Of a DNA stretch of 64,000 nucleotides, positions 24,592-35,629 are shown piece after piece. The first letter of the stretch is position 1. Every line of letters starts with the position of its first letter. The notes under the pieces were generated by a model. That model ran no database searches and was not told the origin of the DNA. It worked only from the letters and a program-made list of their open reading frames with translations. This stretch comes from Chiloscyllium plagiosum (taxonomy: Eukaryota): positions 895,023 to 959,022 of the forward strand of contig NC_057755.1 in the NCBI RefSeq assembly GCF_004010195.1. Direction: 5' to 3'. A program made the position numbers and the translations under genes.

Positions 24592-24658
24592 CAGGAACGC
24601 CAATCACAGCCAGGATAGTGTTGTATATTTTCAGGACAGTTTCAGTTGGATAATGCAT
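24592..24658 (-). CDS. Exon 1 of the intact GPR139-like GPCR (MHYPTETVLKIYNTILAVIGVP+G)
   Basis: acagaaaATG...GGCGTTCCTG|gtaagt. 67 nt (22 codons plus 1), spliced in frame to exon 2 to give IGVP-V-NLVAIIIL. Confidence 0.9.
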
Positions 24659-25329
24659 TTTCTGTACGAATTTATGCTTCACTTCGCTCTGTAATGTTTC
24701 CCTGGATTAAACTTTAAGTCAGTGGTTTGCCACAACCCATAATTAATATCCTCTGCGGTATTCCCCTGGCAACAGAGGTTGCTGCATCGTTCATTAATAA
24801 AAAACAAAATGCAAACAGCGCAATGCGCATCCGAAGTTGTGAAGTTACGTGTTTACTGCTGCAAATGCCTTGTAAAACTCCGAAAGCTGCAAAATTCTAA
24901 TTGTACAAGTTATCTGATCGACACTGAAAGCTGTTTCACCGCGGAACTGTTTTCAAAACACAATTTAAATGGTATTACTCCCATCTTTATAAATTTATTG
25001 TTTTAGAGGCTTGCTTCACTCGTCTGTGGCTATTCAATGAGCATCTATCTCTAAGTAAAACAGTGGGTGCATCAGCAATGCATCACTGTGCTAAAGGTTG
25101 TCTTTTCTAAGTGTGAACCTTTGGTTAAATGTTTGAAGAGCTTAGCTGAGGCAATGTGTTGTAAACTTAAGCTTAGACAAGATCTGACAACAATTCAACG
25201 TTACAAACTGATGCAGTTTCTCAATCCAAAAAAACCATTGGAGAATTTCCAAATTACATTTGGTCTCATAACAGGAAACAGTCGAGAGTATGATTTTGAT
25301 TTGATTTAATCCTGGAAAATAGAGTCACC

Positions 25330-25980
25330 GGAAGATACGATAGTGATGAAGACGTTTGGTATGCTTTCCTTTATTGGACAGAGTGTTGAAATTGAGAAAT
25401 TATGTTGTGGCTGCACAGGACATTGGTTAGTCCACTTTTGAAATATTGCGTGTAATTCTGTTCTCCTTCCTATCAAAAGGATGTTATGATACTTGAAACG
25501 GTTGTAAACGTTTTACAAGGATGTTGCCAGAGTTGGCGGATTTGAGCTATAGGGAGAGGTTGAACAGGCTAGGTGTGCTTTCCCGAGAGCGCCGGAGCTG
25601 GAGGGGTGACCTTATATGGATTTATAAAATCACGAGGTGCATGGATAGAGTAAATAGACAAGGTATTTTCTCTTGGGTGGGGAGTTCATACCTGGAGGGC
25701 ATAGGTTTATGTTGAGGGGGGAAAGATATAAAAGAGACCTAAGGGGCATCTTTTTCATGCAGAGGGTGGTGCGTGTGTGGAATGAGCTGCCAGAGGAAGT
25801 GGTGGAGATTGTTGCAATTGCAACATTCAAAGGGTATCTGGACCGGTATTTGAACAGGAAGGGTTTGGAGGGATATGGGCTGGGTGCTGTCAGATCGGAC
25901 AAGATTGGTTTGGGATATTTGCTCGGCATGTACGAGTTGGACTGAAGGGTCTGTTTCCGTGCTGTATGTCTCAATGTCTC
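25330..25980 (+). mobile_element. CR1 LINE 3' end
   Basis: ORFs 25521-25715 and 25673-25945 (GHRFMLRGERYKRDLRGIFFMQRVVRVWNELPEEVV). Confidence 0.88.
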
Positions 25981-25984
25981 GACG

Positions 25985-27160
25985 AATCTATTGCCACATG
26001 TGCCGAGATGCAGTGGAAAGTATTGTTTTGCATGCTAACCAGACAAATCATACCTTATGTCCATACATCATGGTAGGAGAACATAATGCAGAATATAGTG
26101 TTACAGCTACAGAGAGATGCAGAGAAAGACCAAAATTACTGAGTGAGAGGTCTAATCATAATTCTGATAACAGCGAGGAAGAAGCTGTGCTTGAATTTAT
26201 TGGTACGGGTTTTCAAATTTTTGTGTCGTTTTCCGATGGAAGAGGGTGGAGGGTGGAGAGTGGAGGATAATCAGGGAGGACGCTTTGATTTTGTTCACTG
26301 CTTTCGTGAAGCAATGGGAAATATAGGCAGAGTCAATGGATGGAAGGTTGGTTTGGGTGATGGTCTGGGCTGTGTTCACAACTCCCTGGAATTTCGGTCT
26401 TGTGCACAGTTGACTCACAAATCTTTGATGCATCCAAACAGAATGCATTATATAGTGCATCTGTAAAAAATGGTCAGAGGTATTGTGGATATGCCGAATT
26501 TCGTTAACAATTTATGTGGAGTGCTTCCTTGACTGTAACATTGATGTGGCTAGACCCGGATGGATTGTTGATGATATTTACTCCAATGGGCATGGCATTT
26601 TAAGCCCACTCCACTTCAGCATCACTGATGCAGAAAGGGGCGTGATTTAGATTACATACAGTGTGGAAATAAGGCCCGTCGGCCCAACAAGTCCACACCG
26701 ACCCGCCGATGTGCAACCCACCCAGACCCATTCCTCAACATTTACTCTTCACCTAAAACTTCAGGCAATTTAGGATGTCCAATTCACCTAAGTTGCACGT
26801 TTTTGGACTGGGAGGAAACCGGAACAACCGGAGGAAACCCACACAGACACGAGGAAAATGTGCAAACTTCACACAGTCAATCGCCTGAGGTGGGAATTGA
26901 CTCCAGGTCTCTGGCACTGTGTCACCGTGCCGCCCACTTCTACTCTGCTTTCTGAATTCAATGACCAGCTTCTTCATTTTACTACATTGAGGAAGAGATT
27001 GTTGTCTTTACACCATTCCACTGCACTCTCTATCTCTTTCCTTTACTCTCTCTCGTCATTGTTTGAGATCTGACCCACTACAGTGGTGTCATTGTCAAAT
27101 ATATTTGGATTTAGTACTGAATTTGACACGCAACTGTGAGTGAAGAGGAGCATAGTATCC
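25985..27160 (-). mobile_element. Rex1/Babar-like LINE 3' fragment, interrupted by a V-SINE
   Basis: Minus strand has 'DNDTTVVGQISNNDERE...LNVVKMKKLVIEFRKQS' (RT thumb, TKELxxDFRK motif) and a Rex-like 3' UTR (cactgcatctcggcacatgtggcaataga). Confidence 0.65.
26645..26935 (-). mobile_element. V-SINE (HE1-type)
   Basis: Minus strand: gggcggcacggtg...gtcaattcccacctcaggcgattgactgtgtgaagtttgcac...gtgggtttcctccggttg...gggccttatttccacactgtatgtaatcta. Confidence 0.85.
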
Positions 27161-27179
27161 TTAGAATCCCTACAGATTA

Positions 27180-27395
27180 TAGAGGGTATAATCGCCAAAA
27201 CGTGGAGTCAGTTTGTTCTGTTCGCGCGCAATCCCATGTTATAAGAAAACCACGTAATAGCAGTACCATTTCACTTAATGTGACCGGCATCACGTCATAG
27301 CCAATAAAATGTCGGGCTTTCGAAACAGTGTCCCTAGTTCATCAATCGTTTCAAAGTGAATCTATGGTTTTGAAATGCACGTTATAGCGGAATGA
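27180..27395. mobile_element. Possible Tc1/mariner (Tigger-like) MITE fragment
   Basis: CpG-containing cgcgcgcaatcccatgttataag...cacgttatagcggaa motifs resemble Tigger-type MITE internal repeats. Full terminal inverted repeats are not seen. Confidence 0.35.
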
Positions 27396-27632
27396 AATAT
27401 TCAAGAACAGATTCTCCCCTGCTGTTATTAGAGTGCTGAATGGGCCTTTCAAACTTTAAATGTAATAATGACCTCGCCCACTGTGCACCTTCTCTGCGGG
27501 TGTATCATTGTATTCCTCGCTCTGTTGTATTACTCCGACGCACTTGGTGTGGTATGGTCTGCCTGTATTGCAAAACAAAACTTTTCACTGTACTTAGGTA
27601 CATGAGACAATAATAATCGAATCAAAATCAAA
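27395..27632 (+). mobile_element. Rex1/Babar-like 3' end
   Basis: FKNRFSPAVIRVLN followed by ...cttttcactgtacttaggtacatgagacaataataatcgaatcaaaatcaaa tail. Confidence 0.6.
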
Positions 27633-27649
27633 GGATATCAATGAGCTTG

Positions 27650-27745
27650 TGTATGTGTGCGAGCGAGAGAGAGAGAGAGAGAGAGAGACAGCGAAAGAGA
27701 GAGAGGCACAGAACAAGAAGGGGGAAGAGATAGAGAGAAAGAGAT
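27650..27745. repeat. (GA)n microsatellite
   Basis: gagagagagagagagagagaga run. Confidence 0.9.
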
Positions 27746-28087
27746 GTGTCTGTCATCTTGAGTTTAGCCTGCCAGGATTCTGATGCAGTACTGTCCATAT
27801 CCCTCATTGTCCAAGTGTAACTTCAACAGCAAATCAAACTCGATATATAAGGGACTACAAAACCTCGTTGATAGGTATCCAGTCCAGCATCTTAAATAAG
27901 TCAGAATCTGAATCAAACCTCCTTCTGTTGTATAGTTAACCCATGATCCATTGTGTCCACAAAGAAGCACGCACATGTGAACAACACCATAAGTAAGCTC
28001 TCCTCCAACATACCATTCAGTATTCTGAAAGTATACCACCATTCCTTCGCTGCTGCTAAATCAAAATCTTACAATGCCCTTCCTAGA

Positions 28088-28420
28088 AGAGAAAGTGAGG
28101 TCTGTAGATGCTGGAAATCAGAGCTGAAAATGTGTTGCTGGAAAAGCGCAGCAGGTCAGCAGGATTCCTGAAGAAGGGCTTATGCCCGAAACGTCGATTC
28201 TCCTGTTCCCTGGATGCTGCCTGACCTTCTTAGAAGACCAAACCAAATACTACTGGAGAAAGTCAGCAAGTCTGGCATCATCAGTGAAGTGAAGTCTGCA
28301 TTAACATTCCAATTCCAGTGACCTCTGGAAAAACTCAGCAAGTCTGGCATGAATAGGGAATAGAAGCCAGCATTAACATTTCGAGTCCTGAGACCCATCT
28401 TCAGAACCCTACCGATCAAC
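28088..28420. repeat. Cluster of Penelope-type termini in both orientations
   Basis: gaaaatgtgttgctggaaaagcgcagcaggtcag (reverse arm) joined to cctgaagaagggcttatgcccgaaacgtcgattctcctg (forward arm), then two copies of cagcaagtctggcat...gcattaacatt. Confidence 0.7.
28161..28204 (+). ncRNA. Minimal type I hammerhead ribozyme motif
   Basis: CUGAAGA (28168-28174), A, GGGC-UUAU-GCCC stem II, GAAA (28188-28191), C, GUC (28193-28195). Flanks GGAUUC/GAUUCU can form an imperfect stem I, and stem III is the palindrome ACGU. Confidence 0.72.
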
Positions 28421-28559
28421 ATCATTTTTGTGCCTACAGCACATGGATTGCCGCGATTCGAGAGGATAACTCAACATCGCCAGCCCATTGAAAGGAGAAT
28501 CAGGCAATAACTACTCACTCTTTAAATTGCACTGAAATCTCTGGAAAGCAACAACAAAG

Positions 28560-28650
28560 GAAGGAAGAAGGGCTTATGCCCAAAACGTCTATTCTCCTGC
28601 TCCTTGGATGCAGTCTGACCTGCTGCGCTTTTCCAGCAACACATTTTTAG
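28560..28650 (+). repeat. Penelope-type terminal repeat, degenerate hammerhead
   Basis: gaagaagggcttatgcccaaaacgtctattctcctgctccttggatgcagtctgacctgctgcgcttttccagcaacacatttt. Confidence 0.65.
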
Positions 28651-28960
28651 CTCTAACCCTCTTCTTTATCCACTACACCCCCAATTTTGGTGTCATCTGC
28701 AAACTTACTAACTGCATCTCTTATGTTCGCATCCAAATCATTTATGTAAATGACAAAACTTTGCGGACCCAGCACGGATCCTTGTGGCACTCCACTGGCC
28801 ACAGGCCTCCAGTCTGAAAAACAACCCTAGCAATGATCATGCGTATAACTGTGTCATTGGAGACCAATCCACTGTATAAGTTGGGGTCATTTATATTGTA
28901 TTGTCGAAGAACACCTCCTAGAGGTTTCAGTTTGTTGGACGATTGTTGCTTCCCAGAGAA

Positions 28961-31900
28961 ATGGGGCATTTTTCAATGTACAGGATAGAAGCCGTTTTGT
29001 ATTCTGTCCTTGCAGTCATTGGAGTTCCTGGTAAGCTGGTGTTTAACCTGTAACAGTGTACCTAAGTGTTAACTGTGCTGCTGCTGTGCTTGATATTACT
29101 CTCCCTGTTAGACACCTGTCCTGAAGCAAAAGTTGATTCAAGCAACAATCTCGTCCCTTTTCGTTCTGTATCCTCGAGATTAATTCCGTCCATAATGATA
29201 TCTGTTGACCAAACGGTGATATTGTTGTTGGATTACTCTCTGTACTGAATCTGAACAATCATGTGTCTTTGCTGAGAGCCCAATGATCTGTGTGTGGTTT
29301 CATATAATGGAACAAACTTGTCCGACAATATTTCTACGATCGTTTTTCAATTATTATAAATGAGACAGAGCATGCTCTTTTTGTTAAGAGGAAAAACCGG
29401 AATGTATGTTTTGACGAGTAACATGGTTCATTTTCAGCTGAGGTTAAATTGATCTTGACGGCTCCTCATGTGAAATATGCTTCTGTTTTCAGTGTACCTG
29501 ACTTTGATTCAGATGTTTCATCTTATTGTTGACTCTTATACATCTTCTCAGATTCGCTTTAGCAAATCCAATGTTGAGCTGCATTATAAAATGAAACGGG
29601 TTTATGTAATGCTACACACAACATCTTTCAAAATTATGAACTCTATCTATCTGTAGATTAACAATTGCAGGAGTCAAGCTGATCATTCATTGATTAATGA
29701 ATCATTCCATCTAACATCAAACATTATAAATCCAGAAGACTGTGTTTCAGTTATTGGGATTTTGTCTGGAAAAGACTTCTGCTTCTGCCTTTTTCATGTA
29801 CTTTCGATGAAGTGGGTGATACATTTGGATGGATAGAATCTTGGGTGATCTATCGAATCATTTGCTTATTCCCAAACACCACAGCATTAAAGAAGCTGAA
29901 TCTGAGAGTGAGTTCATTGAAGACGGGGAACGTAAGAAGATTGGATTTACAAGATGGTTGAATTTCGTCTGTGTAAAACGATCACTCATAAAAAGTGTAA
30001 CTGCTCTCACGTTTAAATACGCAATTCAAAGATGCAGAGGGAGGAGTATCGAAGAGAATGGAAAACAGAGAAAAATCGAGTACTTTAAGTAACAACAAAA
30101 TATATCCCGCAGTGTTGTTAAGGATAGATGACTGAAGTGTGCAGGATAATTATAGAGAGGATCTGTGATCGTAAACTATTGGGACGATGTTGCCGGAGTG
30201 AATGTGAGGTTTCTATTTTCTGTAGTTTGTTTCAGACAACTACCTTTTACTTTTGACTGAATAAATAAATACATCACGATTAATTTTTCAATGCAAGTGA
30301 CTTATTGTTGAATTATTGCACGTTGAAATCTCTCTGACGCTGATCTAAATTTATGGTGAGGCATGTTCCCAGAAGCACACGCTAATGTTCTGTAATGTCA
30401 TGTATTCATTGAATGTTGTTACTGGAATGTATGGATTAACTTTCTGATAGAATTCTACTGCAGTCCGTCCCTATGAATTCCATCTTCTCACTTCTTCGTA
30501 TCGTGTCCTTTGCATCTGCCCCATCTTCAGGTTTTCTGCAGTTGCAATAACCAGTTCCAGCTCGTCCATGTCTTTTCCTTTGTTTCCATTCCAATCTCAC
30601 TCATTTTCTCAGCCTGTAGTTACTTGATGCAATCTAATATGAGCATTAAGGTCACTCTGTATCTCCTGTTTTTTTTAACCATTATTTGCATCAGCCTCTG
30701 GCAGCACTCCTGAACAAGAAGAGCAAGCTGGCCACACATTCTTCTGGACGTGAGCATGCCAGGACATCGACAAAACCAGGTTAGATTTAAAACAATTACA
30801 AGCTCCTCAAAAAACTCTCCCTTCCCCAACACTCTCACTCAATGCCAGCGGAAACATCCCTTTCCCTCATCGCTATTGGCCTGTCAATGTTTTATTTGTT
30901 TCAATGATCTGCCACTGACTTAATTCACTTCTGTCCCATTTCATCTTCGAGAATTATTATCTGAATATTTCTGTAATGGCAAACGGTTTCCACAGAGTAA
31001 TCAATTTATTTACACTTTTCAATAGTACAAGATGGAAACTTCACTTATTGTAAACTGTTATTCTGGTTGAAGGAAATTTCTGTATTTTCTTTTCTCTATT
31101 TTCCAGCTAACGTGGTAATAATTGCGATTATGCCTTGAGGAAACTGTTGGCTCTCCAAGTGTATCACTAACTACCTGGTGGAATTGGCAGTGGCTGATCT
31201 TCTTAGTGTTATCATGGATCCCATATTGACTGCCATCATTGTGATTTATTTTACACATTCCTTCCTGCACATGACTACAGTTTGTAATCTAATGTTATTC
31301 CTGGGATTTGCAGTCACGGTGGTTTTGGTCTGGCTGACAGTTGCTTTCACTGTTAATCGATTTGTGATGACTTGTTGCAAGAAGATGAAAACAAAATATC
31401 GCACAGAGAAAACCGCAGCCATAGTTGTTGGAGCACTGATTGCTCTGGGATCTTTGGAAGCTCTTCCCCAGTACTTTACAATCGGACCATAGTCCGTGAT
31501 TGACAACGTTCCCTCGTCTTGTGCAAACAAACCAAGTTTCTTTACTTCTATTGCATGGGCAGCATAGTAGTTGTTTCACTTTATTTTTAGCCCGGTACTT
31601 CCCTTCTTTTTAATTTTGCTGCTCAATGCCCTTACGGTCAGGCATATCCTAATGTGTCTGCAGGGAACTTGGAGGTCGGAGCAATAGAGAGCATCACGAG
31701 GATTTAGAAATGGAGAACCGAAGGAAAACCATCAATTTCCTCTTCTGTATATCTGGCAGTTTTGTCCTGCTATGGATGACCCGGGTTGTTTATAAAATCT
31801 ATACACGAATTGCTGGTATCCGCAGTTATTTCTCTTACACTGGCCCTCGGTTTATTAAAGAATGCGCATCAATGATGCTGCAGCTTCTCAGTTCCTGTAA

Positions 31901-32010
31901 CAGGAGATCTATTTATGCCGTGACCCAGACCAAATTCAGATAGGAGCTGAAGAATGGCCTGAAATTCTCACTCAACCTAATCGTTAACATATGTACATCA
32001 CAGGATAGAG
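28961..32010 (+). pseudogene. GPR139-like GPCR pseudogene (exon 1 28961-29030; exon 2 31107-~32010)
   Basis: Exon 1 MGHFSMYRIEAVLYSVLAVIGVP+G|gtaag. Exon 2 after ttccag: ANVVIIAIMP*GNCWLSKCITNYLVELAVADLL...LVWLTVAFTVNRFVMTCCKKMKTKYRTEKTA...MENRRKTINFLFCISGSFVLLW...LQLLSSCNRRSIYAVTQTKFR*. In-frame stops at 31136-31138, 31490-31492 and 31941-31943, among others. Confidence 0.9.
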
Positions 32011-32809
32011 TGAAGGTGTTCCAAACTTATAAAATCGCACTTCCGCTCTGAACATTCCATGGAATAATAGAACGCAATGATCAAACCAAGTCCAAAAGCG
32101 AACCTTTATCAGCTCTCCTGAGGAATAGTCTACACTTGTAACCATAGCTTGATGTCTCTCCATGGATGGTGAGGGACCCGCTGTGATCTCCAGCATTTGT
32201 TGTTTTCAGTGAATCATTCGGTTCTTGTTAGGGGAAGTGCTGTGTCTGTGTTGATACCTGCTGATCCAATCCTGCAAACGCTTTTGCAATCCTGAAGTTG
32301 ATGCTGCAGCTATTTCACAGCTGTAGCCTCACCAAAAGCTCAATAAAAGTATTATGCAGCATTCAGTTATTTTTTTTTCTACCTTGGGTTTGATCACGGC
32401 AGATACTGGAGTGAGGGGGTTGGGTAATGGGAGAGGATGTGATGATTTGGACAAGGATTCAGAGAGTAGACCATTCAAAGCTGACATTTGTGTGTCACAG
32501 AACAATTGCAATCGTGGAGGTGTAACCAACTGAAGATCTTCCCTTGCTTCCTGATGCTTTCCCTATTCTCATTTCTCTCACTGCACCCCTTCCCTTCCCC
32601 TCGTGCAATCCTCTTAATCCTCAACTTTGTCTCTATTCAGCACTTTTAACCACTCAATCTCCCTTCTGAAATGCTCACGACTCCCCCTCCCCCCACCCCT
32701 CCCCACCGCCCGCCCGCCATTGCATTCCTTGCCCTGAGTTTGGTCGCACTTATTCATTTTTACCTTCGTTTAACTCCCTCACGTTTCATCAATCGATCAT
32801 AATCCTGTC

Positions 32810-33780
32810 CTGTAACCAGTGGTGTGCAGCAAGGATCGGTGCTGGGTCCACTGCTTTTGTCATTTATATAAATGGTTTGGATGTGAACATCCGAGGTTCA
32901 AGTAAGATGTTTGCCGATGACACCAAATTTGGAGCTGTAGTGGACAGCGAAGAAGATTAACTCAGATGACAATTGTGCCTTGATCAGATGGGCCAGGGGG
33001 CAGAGGATTGGCAGATGCACCTTAATTTATATAAATGTGAGGTGTTGAATCTTGGCAAGGTAAATCAGGACAGGACTTATACACATAATCGTAGGGTCCT
33101 GGAAAGTGTTGCCGAACAAAGAGACTTTGGAGTGCAGGTTCATATTTCCATAAAAGTGGAGTTGCAGGTAGACAGGATAGTGAAGAAGGTGTTTGATACA
33201 TATACCTTTATTGGTAAATCCATTGAGTATAGGAAATATGAGGTCACGTTGAAAAAAACTGCGATCAATTCTGGTCTCCCTGTTATTGGCAAGATGCTAA
33301 ACTTGAAAGGATTCGGAAAGGATTTACAAGAATATTGCCAAGGTTGGGGGGTTTGATCGATAGGGAGAGTTTGAATAGGCTGGGGCTTTTCTCCCAGGAG
33401 CTTCGGAGGCTGAGCGGTGATGTTGACAAAATATTCAGGGGAATAGATAATGTGAAAAGCCAAGGTCATTTCCCTGGGGTGGGCGAGTCCAAAACTAGAT
33501 GCTATAGGTTTACATTGAGAGGGGAAATATTTAGAAGGGACCTACAGGGCATTTTTTTCACACAGAGGATGGTATATAGAATGGCCTGCCAGGGGAAATG
33601 GTGGAGGCTGGTGCACTTATAACATTTAAAAAGCATCTGGATGGATCTATGGATAGGAAGGGATTAGAGGACCTAGACGAAATGCTGGCCAATGGGAATG
33701 GACTAATTTAGAATACCTGGTCAGCATAGAAGAGTTGTACCGACGGGTCTGTTTCTATTAAATACAGCTCTGTGACTCCA
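32810..33780 (+). mobile_element. CR1 LINE 3' portion
   Basis: SGVQQGSVLGPLLLSFI...FADDTKFG; ORFs 32973-33356 and 33335-33622. Confidence 0.88.
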
Positions 33781-34431
33781 AGACTAATCTACATCCCTCT
33801 CTGTCAAGTTGCCCTCTATCATTCCATATCTTTGGTTCATGTCACCGGGTCTCCCTTGCATCCTTCTTTACTATCACATTATCACCTTTCCATCCTTTCT
33901 CATACACACATACATCCTCTTCCAGTCCCGCAGTCTCTCTGCCTCTGACATCCCACCCTATCCTCACACGGACTCTCCGTCTCTCTGAATCTTTCCTTTT
34001 TTGCTCATTGTCTATTCCTCCCAAATACTTCTCACTTATTTTCCCATATTTTTTCCGGCTACATCCACACCCACAGACCATTCCAAATTCTCTCTATCAC
34101 TTTCCACCGGATAGAATTCCACTCCCTCATTCTTCTCTTCCTTCTCTCTCACTTGCAAAAATCTTATTTTTCTCACTCACAAGACAGACTGTGTATAACG
34201 CCCATTGTGTTTAGACAGATCGATAATTTACAATAAATTCACGTGTACTGTTTCCTGATAAAATGGAAATATGGTTCCGAGAGGGTACAACGTGATCAAT
34301 GAATATGCAGCAAATTGATATTGTTTACAATGTTTTATCTTCTCATGATATAAATGTTCTTTGTGTGAAATTTAAGTTTGAAACATTTTTATTAAAACTT
34401 TAGGCTGAACTACTGAGCTAGTTTAAATATT

Positions 34432-35080
34432 GACACAAAACGGAAGTTGCTGTAAACGCTCAACAAGTTTGGCAGCATCTTTGACGAGAAATCAGAGTTA
34501 ATATTTCGAGACCGGTGACCATTCCTCAGAACTGATGGTAGCTAGGAAAATGTTGGTTTATATGTTGAAGATAAGGTGGTGGTGGTAAGGAGCGAATGGT
34601 AGTTGGGGATAGAGCCCAATAAGTTAGGAGAACAGTTGGACAGACAAAGGCGTGGATACTGATCTGGCTGAGAAAGTAAATAGCTGTTATTGGAAACTAA
34701 GTGGCTACCAATTGGAAGTGTGTAATAGCTCACTCTGTGATAACAAGGTCTAATGTGTGGGATGGGGCTGGGACATGGGGGAGTTCAGGCCCGAAAATTA
34801 TTGAACTCAATATTCAGACCGCAAGGCTGCAGGGTCCACAAGTCGAAAATGAGGTCTTGTTCTTCCAGTTTGCGCTGAGCTTCCCTGGAGCACTGTAACA
34901 AGCCTGAGGTCAAGATGTTGACCAAGGAACAGGATGGGGTGTTAAAGTGGTAGGTCACTGGAAACTCAGGGTTATTTTGGCGGGCAGAGCATAGGTGTTC
35001 ACTGAAGCGGTCACCCAGTGTACGCCTCGTTACCGCAATGGGGAGGAAAATTTGTTATGAGCAAGAATGCAGCAGATTGA
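34432..35080 (-). mobile_element. Penelope-like element 3' fragment (GIY-YIG C-terminal half plus terminal repeat with degenerate hammerhead)
   Basis: Minus-strand translation TRRTLGDRFSEHLCSARQNNPEFPVTYHFNTPSCSL...LLQCSREAQRKLEEQDLIFDLWTLQPCGLNIEFNNFR. Terminal repeat ttCTGAGGAatggtcaccggtctcGAAAtattaactctg at ~34495-34532. Confidence 0.8.
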
Positions 35081-35169
35081 ACTCAACTATTTAATGACAC
35101 AAGGAAGCTGAGATTGCTTTATTTCACTGCAAATGGAGTCTAACGAGACTCAGAAATACAGAGGGAGAA

Positions 35170-35375
35170 AGTGGCGACTGCAGATACTGGAGATCAGAGT
35201 CAAAAAGTGTGGTGCTGGGAAAGCACAGCCGGTCAGGCAGCATCTGAGGAACAGTAGAGTCGGCGTTTCGAAAATCTCATTCCTGATGAAGAGCGTGTGA
35301 CTGAAAAGTGTACTCTCCTGCTACTCGGATGTTGCATGACCAGTTGTGATTTCGTGGCCCCACCCGTTTTGACAG
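35170..35375. repeat. Palindromic pair of Penelope-type termini
   Basis: gtggtgctgggaaagcacagccggtcaggcagcatctgagg...gtttcgaa followed by cctgatgaag...ctcggatgttgcatgaccagttgtg (imperfect inverted arms). Confidence 0.7.
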
Positions 35376-35629
35376 AGAAATAGAGACAAGTACCAAGTTA
35401 CTTTCAAACAACAGTGCACAGTTTAAACAGGCCATGCTGCAGTTAGAATTAAAAAACCGAGATTAGAATTTTCAAGTTACAATAATACGTATTTGCCTCT
35501 TGAAACTGCACCCTCCATTTCAGGAGGGGACGTTGACAGAGGGCAATGCTTGAGGCTGCTGGGAAAGGAAGTTAGAATATTATATGCTTACCTTGTGAAT
35601 CAGTGAAGCAAAAGTTGAACAGCAGCGGA

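Noticed and set aside
28230..28400. Short direct repeats (cagcaagtctggcat...gcattaacatt, twice) resembling a repeat-spacer array
   Set aside because: Only two degenerate units, derived from Penelope-type termini in a vertebrate genome; not CRISPR.
27940..28515. Possible Nimb-LINE/DeuSINE-type 3' tail split by the Penelope termini
   Set aside because: Similarity is only to a remembered consensus and is highly degenerate; not reported as a feature.
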